From positions 1 through 64,000 of the IMG/VR virus record IMGVR_UViG_3300048922_000467: a stretch of DNA of 64,000 bases, one strand, 5' to 3'. This DNA comes from a virus. This document shows, piece after piece, positions 20,141 through 29,398 of the stretch. Position 1 is the first letter of the stretch; each line of letters opens with the position of its first letter. The translations under genes were made by a program, and so were the position numbers. Under the pieces are notes generated by a model. That model was given only the letters and a program-made list of their open reading frames with translations. It did no database searches and was not told where the DNA came from.

Positions 20141-20436
20141 TCAGCTGCGTCGGCTCCATCCATCAACCGCACCTGGATTGCTGCCCCACGATCAACGGCG
20201 ATGAACGAGCCTCCGCGAGCGTCCACAGGCGGCGAATCGGTACTGACAACGCCTCCAGCAGCGAAATGAATCAGAGAGTTGCAGAACAGGTACACAGCCT
20301 CTGATTCGCACGGCTCAGTCACCAACACCTCAGACCCCGAAAGCTCTTTCCGCCCCAGCAGCTCTGCCGGAGCAACGATCGGCAGCGGCTCTCTCTCACG
20401 AGTTTGAGCAGTGAACAGCCCTGGGCGCTTACTCAT
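20116..20436 (-). CDS. Hypothetical virion-region protein
   Basis: 106 aa, overlapping neighbours; GAGG SD. Confidence 0.6.
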   Translation of the reverse strand: MSKRPGLFTAQTREREPLPIVAPAELLGRKELSGSEVLVTEPCESEAVYLFCNSLIHFAAGGVVSTDSPPVDARGGSFIAVDRGAAIQVRLMDGADAAECWVHAVK

Positions 20437-20641
20437 CCTCAGTAACCTCTACAGCAGGCTTGCGACCCCGACGCTTCGGCTTTTCAGCTGCAAGCTCAGG
20501 TTCATCAGGAGCAGATCCAGCAGTGCCGCCGACGAACAGATACCCCAGGCCAAGCCAATGAGTTTCGGCTCTCGACCCGGCATCCACGAACACCCTGTGA
20601 TCCCCCAGCTGCAGTGAATTTACCGATACTTCGCGCTTCAT
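20429..20641 (-). CDS. Small protein downstream of capsid (basic C-terminus)
   Basis: Start reassigned to MKREV; the upstream MFHVEH is just the translation of a parS site. Confidence 0.6.
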   Translation of the reverse strand: MKREVSVNSLQLGDHRVFVDAGSRAETHWLGLGYLFVGGTAGSAPDEPELAAEKPKRRGRKPAVEVTEDE

Positions 20642-20663
20642 TTTTGTTCTCAAAAAAGGGTCG

Positions 20664-20679
20664 TGTTCCACGTGGAACA
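20664..20679. promoter_or_regulatory. parS: parS site TGTTCCACGTGGAACA
   Basis: Perfect 16-bp palindrome matching the chromosomal parS consensus used in Pseudomonas. Confidence 0.8.
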
Positions 20680-20736
20680 TATTATGGCGAATAGTGCCTA
20701 ACAAACTGAAGAAAGGGCCCCGGAGGGCCCAGTCTG

Positions 20737-21900
20737 TCAGTGGCCACCGAGCCTCAGCGCACGTTCAGGGCTCACGGTTTTCAAGCCGCAGAGGGTTTCA
20801 AATTTCCACTGAGTGGACTCGGTGCGAGGCTCGTACCAGCGAAGCATGCGGAGCGAGATTCCGGTGCGTGGGTCAGTCATCTGCGCAATGTTCACGCCAG
20901 CAGCGTCTTCTGGCACTTCGAGATTGCGGAAGGCGATCAGGAATGCGGACTTGGTGAAGGCCAGGTCGATCGGGTGATCGCCGAGGACGCTGACAGCAGA
21001 GCCAGAGGCGATGGCTTCCAGGACTGCCGGGTAGACTGGGACTGCAGAGCCTGCTGTGTCAGCAGTGACTACGAAAGTCTGATGGCTGCCAGCAACAGAG
21101 ATCACGTCGCCTTTCAGGAATGTCGCACCGTTCACTCCCGCCAGGGCAAGCGTAGTAGAGCCAGCTACTGCCTGTGCAGACAGGGTAATGCCGGCGTTTG
21201 CAGCTGCAGTGCCTGCGACGTGGTACGGAGCTTGAACGTCCGAGTACAGATCGAACCCATACTTGCGACCGATCAGGCCCTGGCTGACCACGTTCGCATC
21301 ACCGCTTTCGTTGATCTTCGAGAACTCAAGCAGCAGGTCAGCTTCAGTGTCCGAGGTCAGGACAATACTGCGACCGTTCAGGATTTTGCGGTTCTGCATT
21401 TCCTTCCGAGCGGCGATCAGATCGGACTTGTCGCGGCCAGCGGTCGAAGCCGGATTGCCCGAGATGTACGGGATGTCCTTGTACAAGCTGAACAGGTTTT
21501 TGTTGACGGTACGGCCAATGGCATCAACAGCAGCGGCAGCAGCAGACGGCAGAGTCAGCGAGTTCGCGTGCGCCAGGAACTCAGCGTCTTTCATCGCGAA
21601 CTGCTTGTACAAGTGCCGATCAAGCTTCACGTCGACTTTGCCGGCAGTGATGTCCTCAGACTGCGAGCCAGCCGAATCAGTTGGATGGTCTTCAGCATCC
21701 GAGAACTCGATCGGCTTTGCGATTCGGATCGTATCACCATGATTTTTTGCCTCATCGGCTGTATCGACGCTGACAAGATGGGGCATCGTCAGCTGGCCGT
21801 ATAGACGATCAATGGCCAGGGGCAGAATCACCTCTGTCATCAGGGCTTCAGTGTCATTGCCGTGGCGTACAAGAGCCAGGAGCGGGAGCATTGCAGTCAT
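20737..21900 (-). CDS. Major capsid protein (P22 coat-like family)
   Basis: GDTIRI..P, G.IGR.YGFD.Y, L.F.K.AF..A.R.L, G.K...PE.A motifs. Confidence 0.9.
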   Translation of the reverse strand: MTAMLPLLALVRHGNDTEALMTEVILPLAIDRLYGQLTMPHLVSVDTADEAKNHGDTIRIAKPIEFSDAEDHPTDSAGSQSEDITAGKVDVKLDRHLYKQFAMKDAEFLAHANSLTLPSAAAAAVDAIGRTVNKNLFSLYKDIPYISGNPASTAGRDKSDLIAARKEMQNRKILNGRSIVLTSDTEADLLLEFSKINESGDANVVSQGLIGRKYGFDLYSDVQAPYHVAGTAAANAGITLSAQAVAGSTTLALAGVNGATFLKGDVISVAGSHQTFVVTADTAGSAVPVYPAVLEAIASGSAVSVLGDHPIDLAFTKSAFLIAFRNLEVPEDAAGVNIAQMTDPRTGISLRMLRWYEPRTESTQWKFETLCGLKTVSPERALRLGGH

Positions 21901-22015
21901 TACTTCACCTGTTTTTGTTTTTTATTGGTGATTGATTTGGAGTTTGACGCGACATCAGCCCACGGGGCGTGATGGTTCCGGCACAACCGGAGGGGCCCGG
22001 AAGCCCCGAAGTGAA

Positions 22016-22786
22016 TCAGTTGATGACGATCTCGCCTGATGCTCTTTTTGCGAGCAAGGCTTTCTTTTCTTCTGCGCTTGCCGCGATCAAGGTGCGTTGC
22101 CATTCTGCAGTGCTGATGGCTTTTCCCGCTCCTGTGACGCCCCTGGAGCCGGAACCTGGCATTTGCTTGAAGTAGTGCGGTTTCGTTGCTGTGAGCCCGG
22201 AAATCCACTCGTCAGGTGTCAGAGGCCTGCCGTTTTTACCGATGGCGATGTTCCCGCTTGAGTCACGTGCTACGAGCTCCCCGGCGTCATTGAGCTGCCA
22301 AGTGTTGCCGGCAACGGACATCAGATCATCGAGCGCCGAGGGGTGGAAGAATTCATTTTTGAGCGCCACCTGGCCGATGCTTTGCTTGATCTGGAACTGC
22401 TTGAGCTTAAGTCTTTCGCCATCAACAGCTTTGCGAAGATCTTCTTTTTCGGCTTGCTCCGCTGCCAACTTCTCTTGCCAGGTGGCACTGTTGGCGTTGA
22501 CGCGCTTATCGAGCAGTGTTTGCAGATCCAGCTTGCCAGCTTTCAGAGCATCAAGATCGTCCTTCTCCTGAATGCCTGCTTCAAACGCCTTCATCCGCTC
22601 TGCCAAGGTTTTCTTCTCGTTCAGAAGATCGGCGTTTTTACTCTTTAGCGGAGTGACTTCTTTCTCTACGTGAGCTTTTAAGAAGTCTAGGAAGGCAGGG
22701 TTTTCCTGCAGGGCATTGAAGTCCAGTGGCGGAACTTCATCTTCGCCGAAGCGAATAAGGCTTACCAGCTTGTGCATCTGAAACAT
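22016..22786 (-). CDS. Capsid scaffolding protein
   Basis: Coiled coil, L..KN..LL.EKK, PHYF....GSG; directly upstream of capsid. Confidence 0.8.
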   Translation of the reverse strand: MFQMHKLVSLIRFGEDEVPPLDFNALQENPAFLDFLKAHVEKEVTPLKSKNADLLNEKKTLAERMKAFEAGIQEKDDLDALKAGKLDLQTLLDKRVNANSATWQEKLAAEQAEKEDLRKAVDGERLKLKQFQIKQSIGQVALKNEFFHPSALDDLMSVAGNTWQLNDAGELVARDSSGNIAIGKNGRPLTPDEWISGLTATKPHYFKQMPGSGSRGVTGAGKAISTAEWQRTLIAASAEEKKALLAKRASGEIVIN

Positions 22787-22874
22787 TTAGTCCCCCAAGG
22801 ACGTTGTTTTCTTATCGTTATGTCCTAATTATATCAATGCCAAACACACAAAGGGGGACAAATGCAAATATTTT

Positions 22875-23570
22875 TCAGGCTTTTTTCCGGGCATGGAATA
22901 GCTTGAGAAACTGCTGATCAGATGGCTTGAGCAAATTCAGTGCATTATAGAAAGACTGGCTCGGTACGAACTTGCCCGCCTGCGCTTTATATAGAATGTT
23001 GTGAACAAAGCCAGTGTCTAGCATCAGCCGCATAATCTCCATTGATGCCAGTTCTTCGTCTCCCTGACCGATAAACGGGACAACTTCATCCAACGACTCG
23101 AATGCTAGGTACAACTCCATCGCCGTGAGCTTTCGCTGCGGCTTCCGGCCAACTGACAGCTTGTGCAAATAGAACCTAACCAGGAGCATCCCCACATGAA
23201 ACTGGGAGTTCATCAGCGCAGCAGGGATCTGCTCGATCAACAGCTCATCTTGATGCTCCGCGAGTTGGTTCAACAAGCAACGCACAAGCTCGTAATCCCC
23301 TGAAATCGGAGCATTTCGCTGAGTTCCCAGCAGTACAGCCACGGGGCCAATCAGCGTCGCCAGCTCAAGCAGCATCTCCCGATAACCACCGTCCAGCGGC
23401 TTGCTTTTGCCATCAAACCCCAGGGCATGCAGGTGATCAGCGATGTCAGCGAGGAGCTGGACAGTGCCAGCTTGCAGCTCGTTTTTGTCCAGGTGATGGC
23501 GGATGCCCTGAAGGCCACGGAGGTTGCGAGCCTTGAAGTGTTGAAAGACCAGCTCAGCTGCTTCTGACAT
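22875..23570 (-). CDS. Hypothetical protein
   Basis: 231-aa Leu-rich ORF. Confidence 0.7.
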   Translation of the reverse strand: MSEAAELVFQHFKARNLRGLQGIRHHLDKNELQAGTVQLLADIADHLHALGFDGKSKPLDGGYREMLLELATLIGPVAVLLGTQRNAPISGDYELVRCLLNQLAEHQDELLIEQIPAALMNSQFHVGMLLVRFYLHKLSVGRKPQRKLTAMELYLAFESLDEVVPFIGQGDEELASMEIMRLMLDTGFVHNILYKAQAGKFVPSQSFYNALNLLKPSDQQFLKLFHARKKA

Positions 23571-23573
23571 ATC

Positions 23574-23921
23574 TCACCATTCATTGATTTGCCCGAGCAC
23601 CTCCCATGTGAGGGCATCAAGCGTGATTTTGTCGAACTCAGTGACTCGGAATTCGTACGTTGTGTGCCTAAACTTAAAGACTCCAGCGCTTAGCACGTAC
23701 TGAATCATGCACCTGAAAACCTCCCAGCAGGCATGGTCGCCAAGCTCTGCTTCGATGCCCCATTCTTGCAGGGCCTTCTGACGTTTCCCGCGAAAACAAT
23801 GTGACGCTCCTGAGTAAAAGTTTTTTGCCTTATCGAATCCACCGCAAAGATAAATGGCGCAAAGGTGTCGGGTGGATTCGTCGCAAGCCAGCACTGGCAC
23901 TACCAATGGATTAGCTGTCAT
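23574..23921 (-). CDS. Hypothetical protein
   Basis: 115 aa, A-rich leader. Confidence 0.65.
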   Translation of the reverse strand: MTANPLVVPVLACDESTRHLCAIYLCGGFDKAKNFYSGASHCFRGKRQKALQEWGIEAELGDHACWEVFRCMIQYVLSAGVFKFRHTTYEFRVTEFDKITLDALTWEVLGQINEW

Positions 23922-24061
23922 TTCGGGTGCTCATTCTTATTATTTTTATGCTTCATTATTAGCATTGAGCGGGGCTAAAATCAATATCATGGCACTTACT
24001 AATTAGCTCGGACACCACCGTCCTGGCGGATTTGGCTTGACCAGTAAGCAAGCCTGCGACA

Positions 24062-24077
24062 CTGTATATATGTCCAG
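24062..24077 (+). promoter_or_regulatory. LexA (SOS) box upstream of umuD
   Basis: CTGTATATATGTCCAG. Confidence 0.85.
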
Positions 24078-24100
24078 CAACCTGCCCGTAGTGCATCGCC

Positions 24101-24520
24101 ATGCTCACTCAACTCCCACATCTGTCGCTCAGTCAAATCCCGCTCCCCCTGCAGCTCTGCAAGCTCAAGGCCGGCTTTCCATCACCAGCCCTGGACTACG
24201 TCGAAGACAGACTGACGCTGAATGACGTGGTTAAGCTCGATCCCAGGTACTGCTATCTATGCCAAATTGATGGCGATTCCATGATCGACTACGGCATCCA
24301 GCCCGGAGATGTAGCAGTGATCAGCCGCAACGAGCCAGCCAGGCCTGGGAAGATTGTGGTCATCAGCATCGACGGTCAGAACACGCTTAAGCTGCTGTCT
24401 GAAGATGACCAGGGCCCGGTGCTCCTCGCCGGCAACAGCGCTTACAAGCCGATTCGGCCAGGTGACGGTGAGGAGTGGGTATTTCATGGGGTGCTGATCG
24501 CATGCACGCGCCTGTTCTGA
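24101..24520 (+). CDS. umuD: Pol V accessory subunit UmuD/RulA (S24 peptidase)
   Basis: AGFPSPA.DY, GDSM, K catalytic motifs. Confidence 0.92.
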   Translation: MLTQLPHLSLSQIPLPLQLCKLKAGFPSPALDYVEDRLTLNDVVKLDPRYCYLCQIDGDSMIDYGIQPGDVAVISRNEPARPGKIVVISIDGQNTLKLLSEDDQGPVLLAGNSAYKPIRPGDGEEWVFHGVLIACTRLF

Positions 24521-25812
24521 AGCCAGAATGGCGTCTGAGCGCAAATCAAAAGCGTGTGTACGCCTTGGTCGACTGCAATTCATTCTACGCAAGCTGTGAG
24601 CGGCACCCCCTTTGGCGCCCTGATCTTGCTGGGCTGCCGATAGTGGTGCTGTCGAACAACGATGGTTGCGTGATTGCTCGCTCCAAGGAAGCTAAGACCT
24701 TGGGGTACAAGATGGGTGACCCGTACTTCAAGATCCGCGACCAACTCGCCAACCAGGGCGTCCACGTATTCAGTTCGAACTACACGCTGTATGACGATCT
24801 CAGTAGCCGCGTGATGCTCACCCTGGCCGACTTCGCGAGCGAGCTGGAGGTGTATTCGATTGACGAAATGTTCCTCGATCTGACGGGCATGCGGGGCTAT
24901 CAGGTGATGGCCGAAGAGATGAAGGAGCGCGTGTTTCGATGGACTGGAATTCCCGTTGGCGTTGGGATCTCTACGACCAAGACCCTGGCGAAGCTCTCAA
25001 ACTGGGCTGCGAAAAACTGGAGAGGCCTTCCTGGTGTTGCAGTAGTACTTGACGATCAGCGGCACGAGCTGTTGCTCAAGCGTGCACCAATTGGGGAGGT
25101 TTGGGGGATCGGGCGTCGCTGGGCTGAGAAGCTGGAAGCCAAGGGCATCGTCACAGCCTGGCACTTGGCATGCGCGGACAACGAGGCTGTCGGTAGAGAG
25201 TTCAACGTCGTACTACAGCGGACTGCTCTAGAGCTCCGAGGCATCCCTTGCAATGATCTGGAGCTCCAGGCTCCGAAGAAAAAGCAAATCATCAGCTCAC
25301 GTGCGTTTGGAAGCCGGCAACAGGGGTGGAAACCAATTGAGCAGTCGATTGCCAGCTACGTTGCCCGCGCAGCTGAGAAACTCAGAGCTCAGGGGTCGGT
25401 TTGTCGGAAGATTGATGTTGGTCTCATTGTGAGGAAAGCCACGTCGGAGAGCTTCAGTGATGCGTACTCTTCAGCGACAGCCAGACTTCAGCAGCACACC
25501 GACGACACTCTCACGCTTCAAGGGGCGGCTGTTTCTTTGGCTAAGATAATCTTCGACGACAATGCAGTTTATGCAAAGTCCTCCGTGGCATTGAGCGAGA
25601 TCTGCCAGCCAGAAGACCTCACTACGGACATGTTCGCTGCTGCCAGCTCACAAAGCCCCAGAGCTAAGGTTCTCGATCAGATCAATGCCAAATTTGGCAA
25701 AGGCGCTCTGCGCTCAGCTACGACCATTGGCGACATGCAGTGGAGCATGCAACGTGGGCACCTGAGCCCTTACTACACTACGCGCCTGTCCGACCTGCCG
25801 AAGCTTCGGTAA
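24502..25812 (+). CDS. umuC: Y-family DNA polymerase V UmuC/RulB
   Basis: ALVDCNSFYASCE, VLSNNDGCVIARS, YSIDE, W.M.R..LSP.YTT. Confidence 0.95.
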   Translation: MHAPVLKPEWRLSANQKRVYALVDCNSFYASCERHPLWRPDLAGLPIVVLSNNDGCVIARSKEAKTLGYKMGDPYFKIRDQLANQGVHVFSSNYTLYDDLSSRVMLTLADFASELEVYSIDEMFLDLTGMRGYQVMAEEMKERVFRWTGIPVGVGISTTKTLAKLSNWAAKNWRGLPGVAVVLDDQRHELLLKRAPIGEVWGIGRRWAEKLEAKGIVTAWHLACADNEAVGREFNVVLQRTALELRGIPCNDLELQAPKKKQIISSRAFGSRQQGWKPIEQSIASYVARAAEKLRAQGSVCRKIDVGLIVRKATSESFSDAYSSATARLQQHTDDTLTLQGAAVSLAKIIFDDNAVYAKSSVALSEICQPEDLTTDMFAAASSQSPRAKVLDQINAKFGKGALRSATTIGDMQWSMQRGHLSPYYTTRLSDLPKLR

Positions 25813-25831
25813 AGCGTTTCTCTTAACCAAA

Positions 25832-26518
25832 TCACTTGCCCAGGTCAGCCCCGATTAGATAGTCAATCGACTCAAACTTCCCGGCATCCATTAGCCGTTG
25901 ACGAAGTACCTGCATAAACTCTTTGTCATTCTTCAAAAACTTGTCGCACTCAGAATCAGTTTGGCACTCATCCAGAATATCGGCACGTTCCGGATTAACA
26001 ACGCGATAGCGGCGAATGAATTCCTCACGCTTCTTATCATGAAAGCTCTGAATAAGTGACTTCATACTTCCTCCATAGATCATATCTTTAAACTTACCCA
26101 TGTACCTAAGGGAAAATTTCATCAGGGCTAAGTCATTTCTAGCGGACAGGCCCCAGTAGTACTCATCTGCCGCATTTTCTTTGACAATGAGAATCTTGTC
26201 TAGTCTAGAAACAAAGCCCTGCACCCAGGCAATGCCAGCAATCTCATTCCCGAGCTCATGAAACAGCAGGTCTTCGTCAGCAATCGATTCAACCAAAGCC
26301 CAGACCTTATAAAATCCTCGCTCGCGATAATAACTCTCCGGCAACGCCAGGAAGTTTGAGTACAAAACAACAATCAGATCGCGCTCAGACCTGTATTCAA
26401 GGCGCTCATAGATTACATAGCCATCTTCCGCTCTGAGCAACACTGGGAATACCCATTGCAGATATCTAACAAGCGACAGTCGCATTCTCGCTCCCAGTGG
26501 CTTTTTGAACATAGTCAT
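25832..26518 (-). CDS. Hypothetical protein (3rd of AT-rich trio)
   Basis: 228-aa ORF. Confidence 0.7.
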   Translation of the reverse strand: MTMFKKPLGARMRLSLVRYLQWVFPVLLRAEDGYVIYERLEYRSERDLIVVLYSNFLALPESYYRERGFYKVWALVESIADEDLLFHELGNEIAGIAWVQGFVSRLDKILIVKENAADEYYWGLSARNDLALMKFSLRYMGKFKDMIYGGSMKSLIQSFHDKKREEFIRRYRVVNPERADILDECQTDSECDKFLKNDKEFMQVLRQRLMDAGKFESIDYLIGADLGK

Positions 26519-26882
26519 TCAGGGCGCTGCAGGCTGCGTCGACATCGCTATTCTTAAGAGACCAGTAGGCTTTGGCCATAATTGCATCCAGGGCTTCATT
26601 GCGACCCAAGTCTTCAAAGAAAACTGTGTGTAGCAGATGCCAAAGAAACTCAACATCATCAATGTTTTTTTGCTCATCCGAAATACTGTGAGCGATGCTA
26701 CTGAGGCATTCAAATTCCCAATCCACATGAACTGTCGTCTCAGAGAACGAGTAAACCTGAGCGACATAATCAAAGAACTCAATGAAAGTGGCAAACTCGC
26801 ACTCATCGAAGTAGTATTTACTACCATCGAAACGGATCGTGGCTGGAGAACAGAATTTGATGATGTTTTGCAGGTACATCAT
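26466..26882 (-). CDS. Hypothetical acidic protein (2nd of trio)
   Basis: 138 aa, overlaps both neighbours. Confidence 0.65.
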   Translation of the reverse strand: MMYLQNIIKFCSPATIRFDGSKYYFDECEFATFIEFFDYVAQVYSFSETTVHVDWEFECLSSIAHSISDEQKNIDDVEFLWHLLHTVFFEDLGRNEALDAIMAKAYWSLKNSDVDAACSALNDYVQKATGSENATVAC

Positions 26883-27694
26883 AAGCCCAGCTCCGAGCCA
26901 AACATATATTCCCGCTGCTCAGCGCTCATCATTGCCATTCTGCCACGAAGAAAACCCATGTCCCCACTTAATAGTCGACGTAGCTCATCCTCACTTTCAC
27001 AAATCGAATACAGGTGATAAGCGTGAGGCCTGTCCAACTGAAGCTCTTTTATGATTAAAGGATGCATCAAATCAAAGATATCGTCATAGGCCTTTTTCTT
27101 ATCGATACCCAGACTCAACAGATCAGCAGAAAATCTTTCCCCGACATCCGCACTAGCATGAGCCGACTCATAATTCCCCGAAAGAATGCCAGCGATACAT
27201 TTAACCTGAGAAGTCCTGGAGGAATCGCTATCTCGCTCAGTAGTTAGGTATGTGAGCCAAAGCCTTCGAAGATGATCAAGCCTCTCTTCCCTAAGCATCC
27301 CTAAAAACCTGGAAACAAAGTCATTGGGACTGGTGGCGTTGAGAGCCGCAGTTGCGAACATGGGAGTAAAACTAAGAACAGGGCCATTCCAGATCTTGAA
27401 TTTAAAGCTCACAATAACTGCGACTTCAAGAAGCGAAGAGCAGTAACGATCTACAACACCATCTACTGTTTTCAATTTCAGCAGGTAATGACCACCCTGA
27501 AAGCTAAAGCCCCCGGTCATCGAGAATCTATCGTAGTCCCCAATTTGCTCGTTCAAGACTCGCTCAAGGAATTCGTGGCTCTCAGCCGAAATCCCCATCA
27601 GCCCCCTGGCTTTGGTAAACCATCTCCACGCCGCGACTTTTGGCTTCAAAAGCTTGAGTAGTAGCCTGTCTTTCGGAGTGATGAAGGTAAGCAT
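26879..27694 (-). CDS. Hypothetical protein (1st of trio)
   Basis: 271-aa ORF with upstream TTGCCA-N17-CATGAT promoter-like site. Confidence 0.7.
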   Translation of the reverse strand: MLTFITPKDRLLLKLLKPKVAAWRWFTKARGLMGISAESHEFLERVLNEQIGDYDRFSMTGGFSFQGGHYLLKLKTVDGVVDRYCSSLLEVAVIVSFKFKIWNGPVLSFTPMFATAALNATSPNDFVSRFLGMLREERLDHLRRLWLTYLTTERDSDSSRTSQVKCIAGILSGNYESAHASADVGERFSADLLSLGIDKKKAYDDIFDLMHPLIIKELQLDRPHAYHLYSICESEDELRRLLSGDMGFLRGRMAMMSAEQREYMFGSELGL

Positions 27695-27791
27695 GACCAG
27701 CTCTCAATATCATGGCAGTTATTGACAGATTGGCAATGGAGGGTAGGAATGTCAAGGGCCCAGCGGGGTGCCAGGCCATGGGGTGTGGGGG

Positions 27792-28067
27792 CTAGGCGGT
27801 TTTCAGGCGCTCCAGGCGTTCCTGGGCAATCCGGGCAAGGCAGGCATGAAACTCAGCCAGGCAAGCAGCGGCGCACTGCTGTTGCCATTTTGGGAGCTGC
27901 TTGAGATCAGGGCGATCAGCGGGTTTTCGAGTGTCTTGCTGAGCAAGTCTGAAGCACTCGTCTACACAAAAATCCTCGACCTTGGGAGCAACCTGAAAAA
28001 GGAAGTATGTGCCGGACGAATACTCAATTGCGGCCTTGGCGTCTGCGTAAATTTTGGTGATGTTCAT
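27792..28067 (-). CDS. Hypothetical protein
   Basis: Start MNITKIY after leader GCATAACAATAAGAGAG. Confidence 0.6.
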   Translation of the reverse strand: MNITKIYADAKAAIEYSSGTYFLFQVAPKVEDFCVDECFRLAQQDTRKPADRPDLKQLPKWQQQCAAACLAEFHACLARIAQERLERLKTA

Positions 28068-28137
28068 GAAGCGCTCTCTTATTGTTATGCCCTTGCATAC
28101 TGTCACTATGCAGGTGGAGCAAAAGAGAGCGCAACAC

Positions 28138-28836
28138 TTAATATGAGCCTTCTGCGCGCCAATTGAGGAACCGACACACACCCTCTATATCTGGATAAAT
28201 AGACTTTGAGGTAACACCGCAGCGCTCCAGGGTCATCAGGAAATCGACCTTGTCCTTACCCGCAATCACATACTCCTTCAGATACTTTTTGACTTCAGGG
28301 TTTCGTTCCAGGGGGACGAACTTCCCAGACTTTTCAGAAAACCTGTGGGCAGTAAAGTAGCCAGACTGCGCGATAATCCTATCGTTGCTAAGATTTGGGT
28401 TAATCACCCTGGTCTTTCGTTGGCTGAAGGGACTACCTTTGAGTGATGGCAGCATTAGCGAATGAGCTTCTAGTGTGTAGACATAGCAGTCATCCGTTCC
28501 CCTGGAGCTACAAGCAAAGTAGATTGCAGCCAGGGCATTCGAAGTCCAGTCCAACAGCCTGGTTTTCATTCCAAAATGCTGAGCAAGAACGAGCATATCC
28601 CAATCATTGTCAATGTCGACATAGCTGGGAATCATCGTCAGCCCGTGCCGCCTCAGATCAGCCAACATCGTTTTTTCGACTGCGGTTGTGTTGTTGGTGG
28701 GATCTTTCCGTGCGATACCAGGAAGCAGGTTGCCGCGTTTTGACTGCCCGCGAAACAGCACAGTCCCGCCCACCAGGTCATAACCGCTTAGACGATTGAG
28801 GAAATCCGGAACGTCCTTGATCGGAATTGAAGTCAT
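28138..28836 (-). CDS. FRG-domain protein
   Basis: LFRGQ, AQHFG..TRLLDWT, R..AQ.G.F. Confidence 0.9.
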   Translation of the reverse strand: MTSIPIKDVPDFLNRLSGYDLVGGTVLFRGQSKRGNLLPGIARKDPTNNTTAVEKTMLADLRRHGLTMIPSYVDIDNDWDMLVLAQHFGMKTRLLDWTSNALAAIYFACSSRGTDDCYVYTLEAHSLMLPSLKGSPFSQRKTRVINPNLSNDRIIAQSGYFTAHRFSEKSGKFVPLERNPEVKKYLKEYVIAGKDKVDFLMTLERCGVTSKSIYPDIEGVCRFLNWRAEGSY

Positions 28837-28838
28837 GA

Positions 28839-29219
28839 TTACGCCTGCAGCCAGCTTTCGACTTCCTGAGCCCCATGCTCCAATTTCCAGGCCTTCAAGG
28901 TGCTGTGATTACCGCCTTTCGTTTCGACGACTTCGTTTGTGTGCGGGTTCACATAGCGTTTAACTGCACGAGGCGCACGCGGCCCCTTACGCCCATCAAC
29001 CTTGCCACCCGCTGCAACCACAGAAGCCCCAGCAGCCTTGGGATCGAGGATGGCAATAACGTTGCGCAGAGACATGCCGTACTCCGCCAGCAGCTTGCGC
29101 AGTTTGTCTTCAAATTCCAGCTCCCTCTGCAGGGCTTCGCTGCCTTTGAGAGCTTCCAGGGCCTGAAGCTGTTCGGCGATCTGGCGCTCTAGGGCTCTGT
29201 ATTCTGCGGCTTTTGACAT
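28839..29219 (-). CDS. MvaT/MvaU-family H-NS-like nucleoid protein
   Basis: MSK.AEYR..E, Y.NPHT.EVVETKGGNH..LK.WK. Confidence 0.92.
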   Translation of the reverse strand: MSKAAEYRALERQIAEQLQALEALKGSEALQRELEFEDKLRKLLAEYGMSLRNVIAILDPKAAGASVVAAGGKVDGRKGPRAPRAVKRYVNPHTNEVVETKGGNHSTLKAWKLEHGAQEVESWLQA

Positions 29220-29338
29220 TAGTGGTGCTCCGTTTTAGTAAATGCCATGAAATATACATAGGTTGTAGCCGCTGTCAAATTCAAGCCATGACTACATATT
29301 GGACGAGCCGAGAATAGATTCATTCGGGCATTGCCTTA

Positions 29339-29354
29339 CTGTATGGGCATACAG
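29339..29354 (+). promoter_or_regulatory. LexA (SOS) box
   Basis: ta-CTGTATGGGCATACAG-ta. Confidence 0.9.
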
Positions 29355-29398
29355 TATATTTAAGTCAGTAGCCAATAAAAACAACAAGAGAAAAAGAC

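Noticed and set aside
20740-21804. 354-aa plus-strand ORF opposite the capsid gene
   Set aside because: Antisense shadow caused by codon bias; no motifs or RBS
24101-24520. S24 peptidase as a possible CI repressor
   Set aside because: No N-terminal HTH; AGFPSPA motif and coupling to umuC identify it as UmuD
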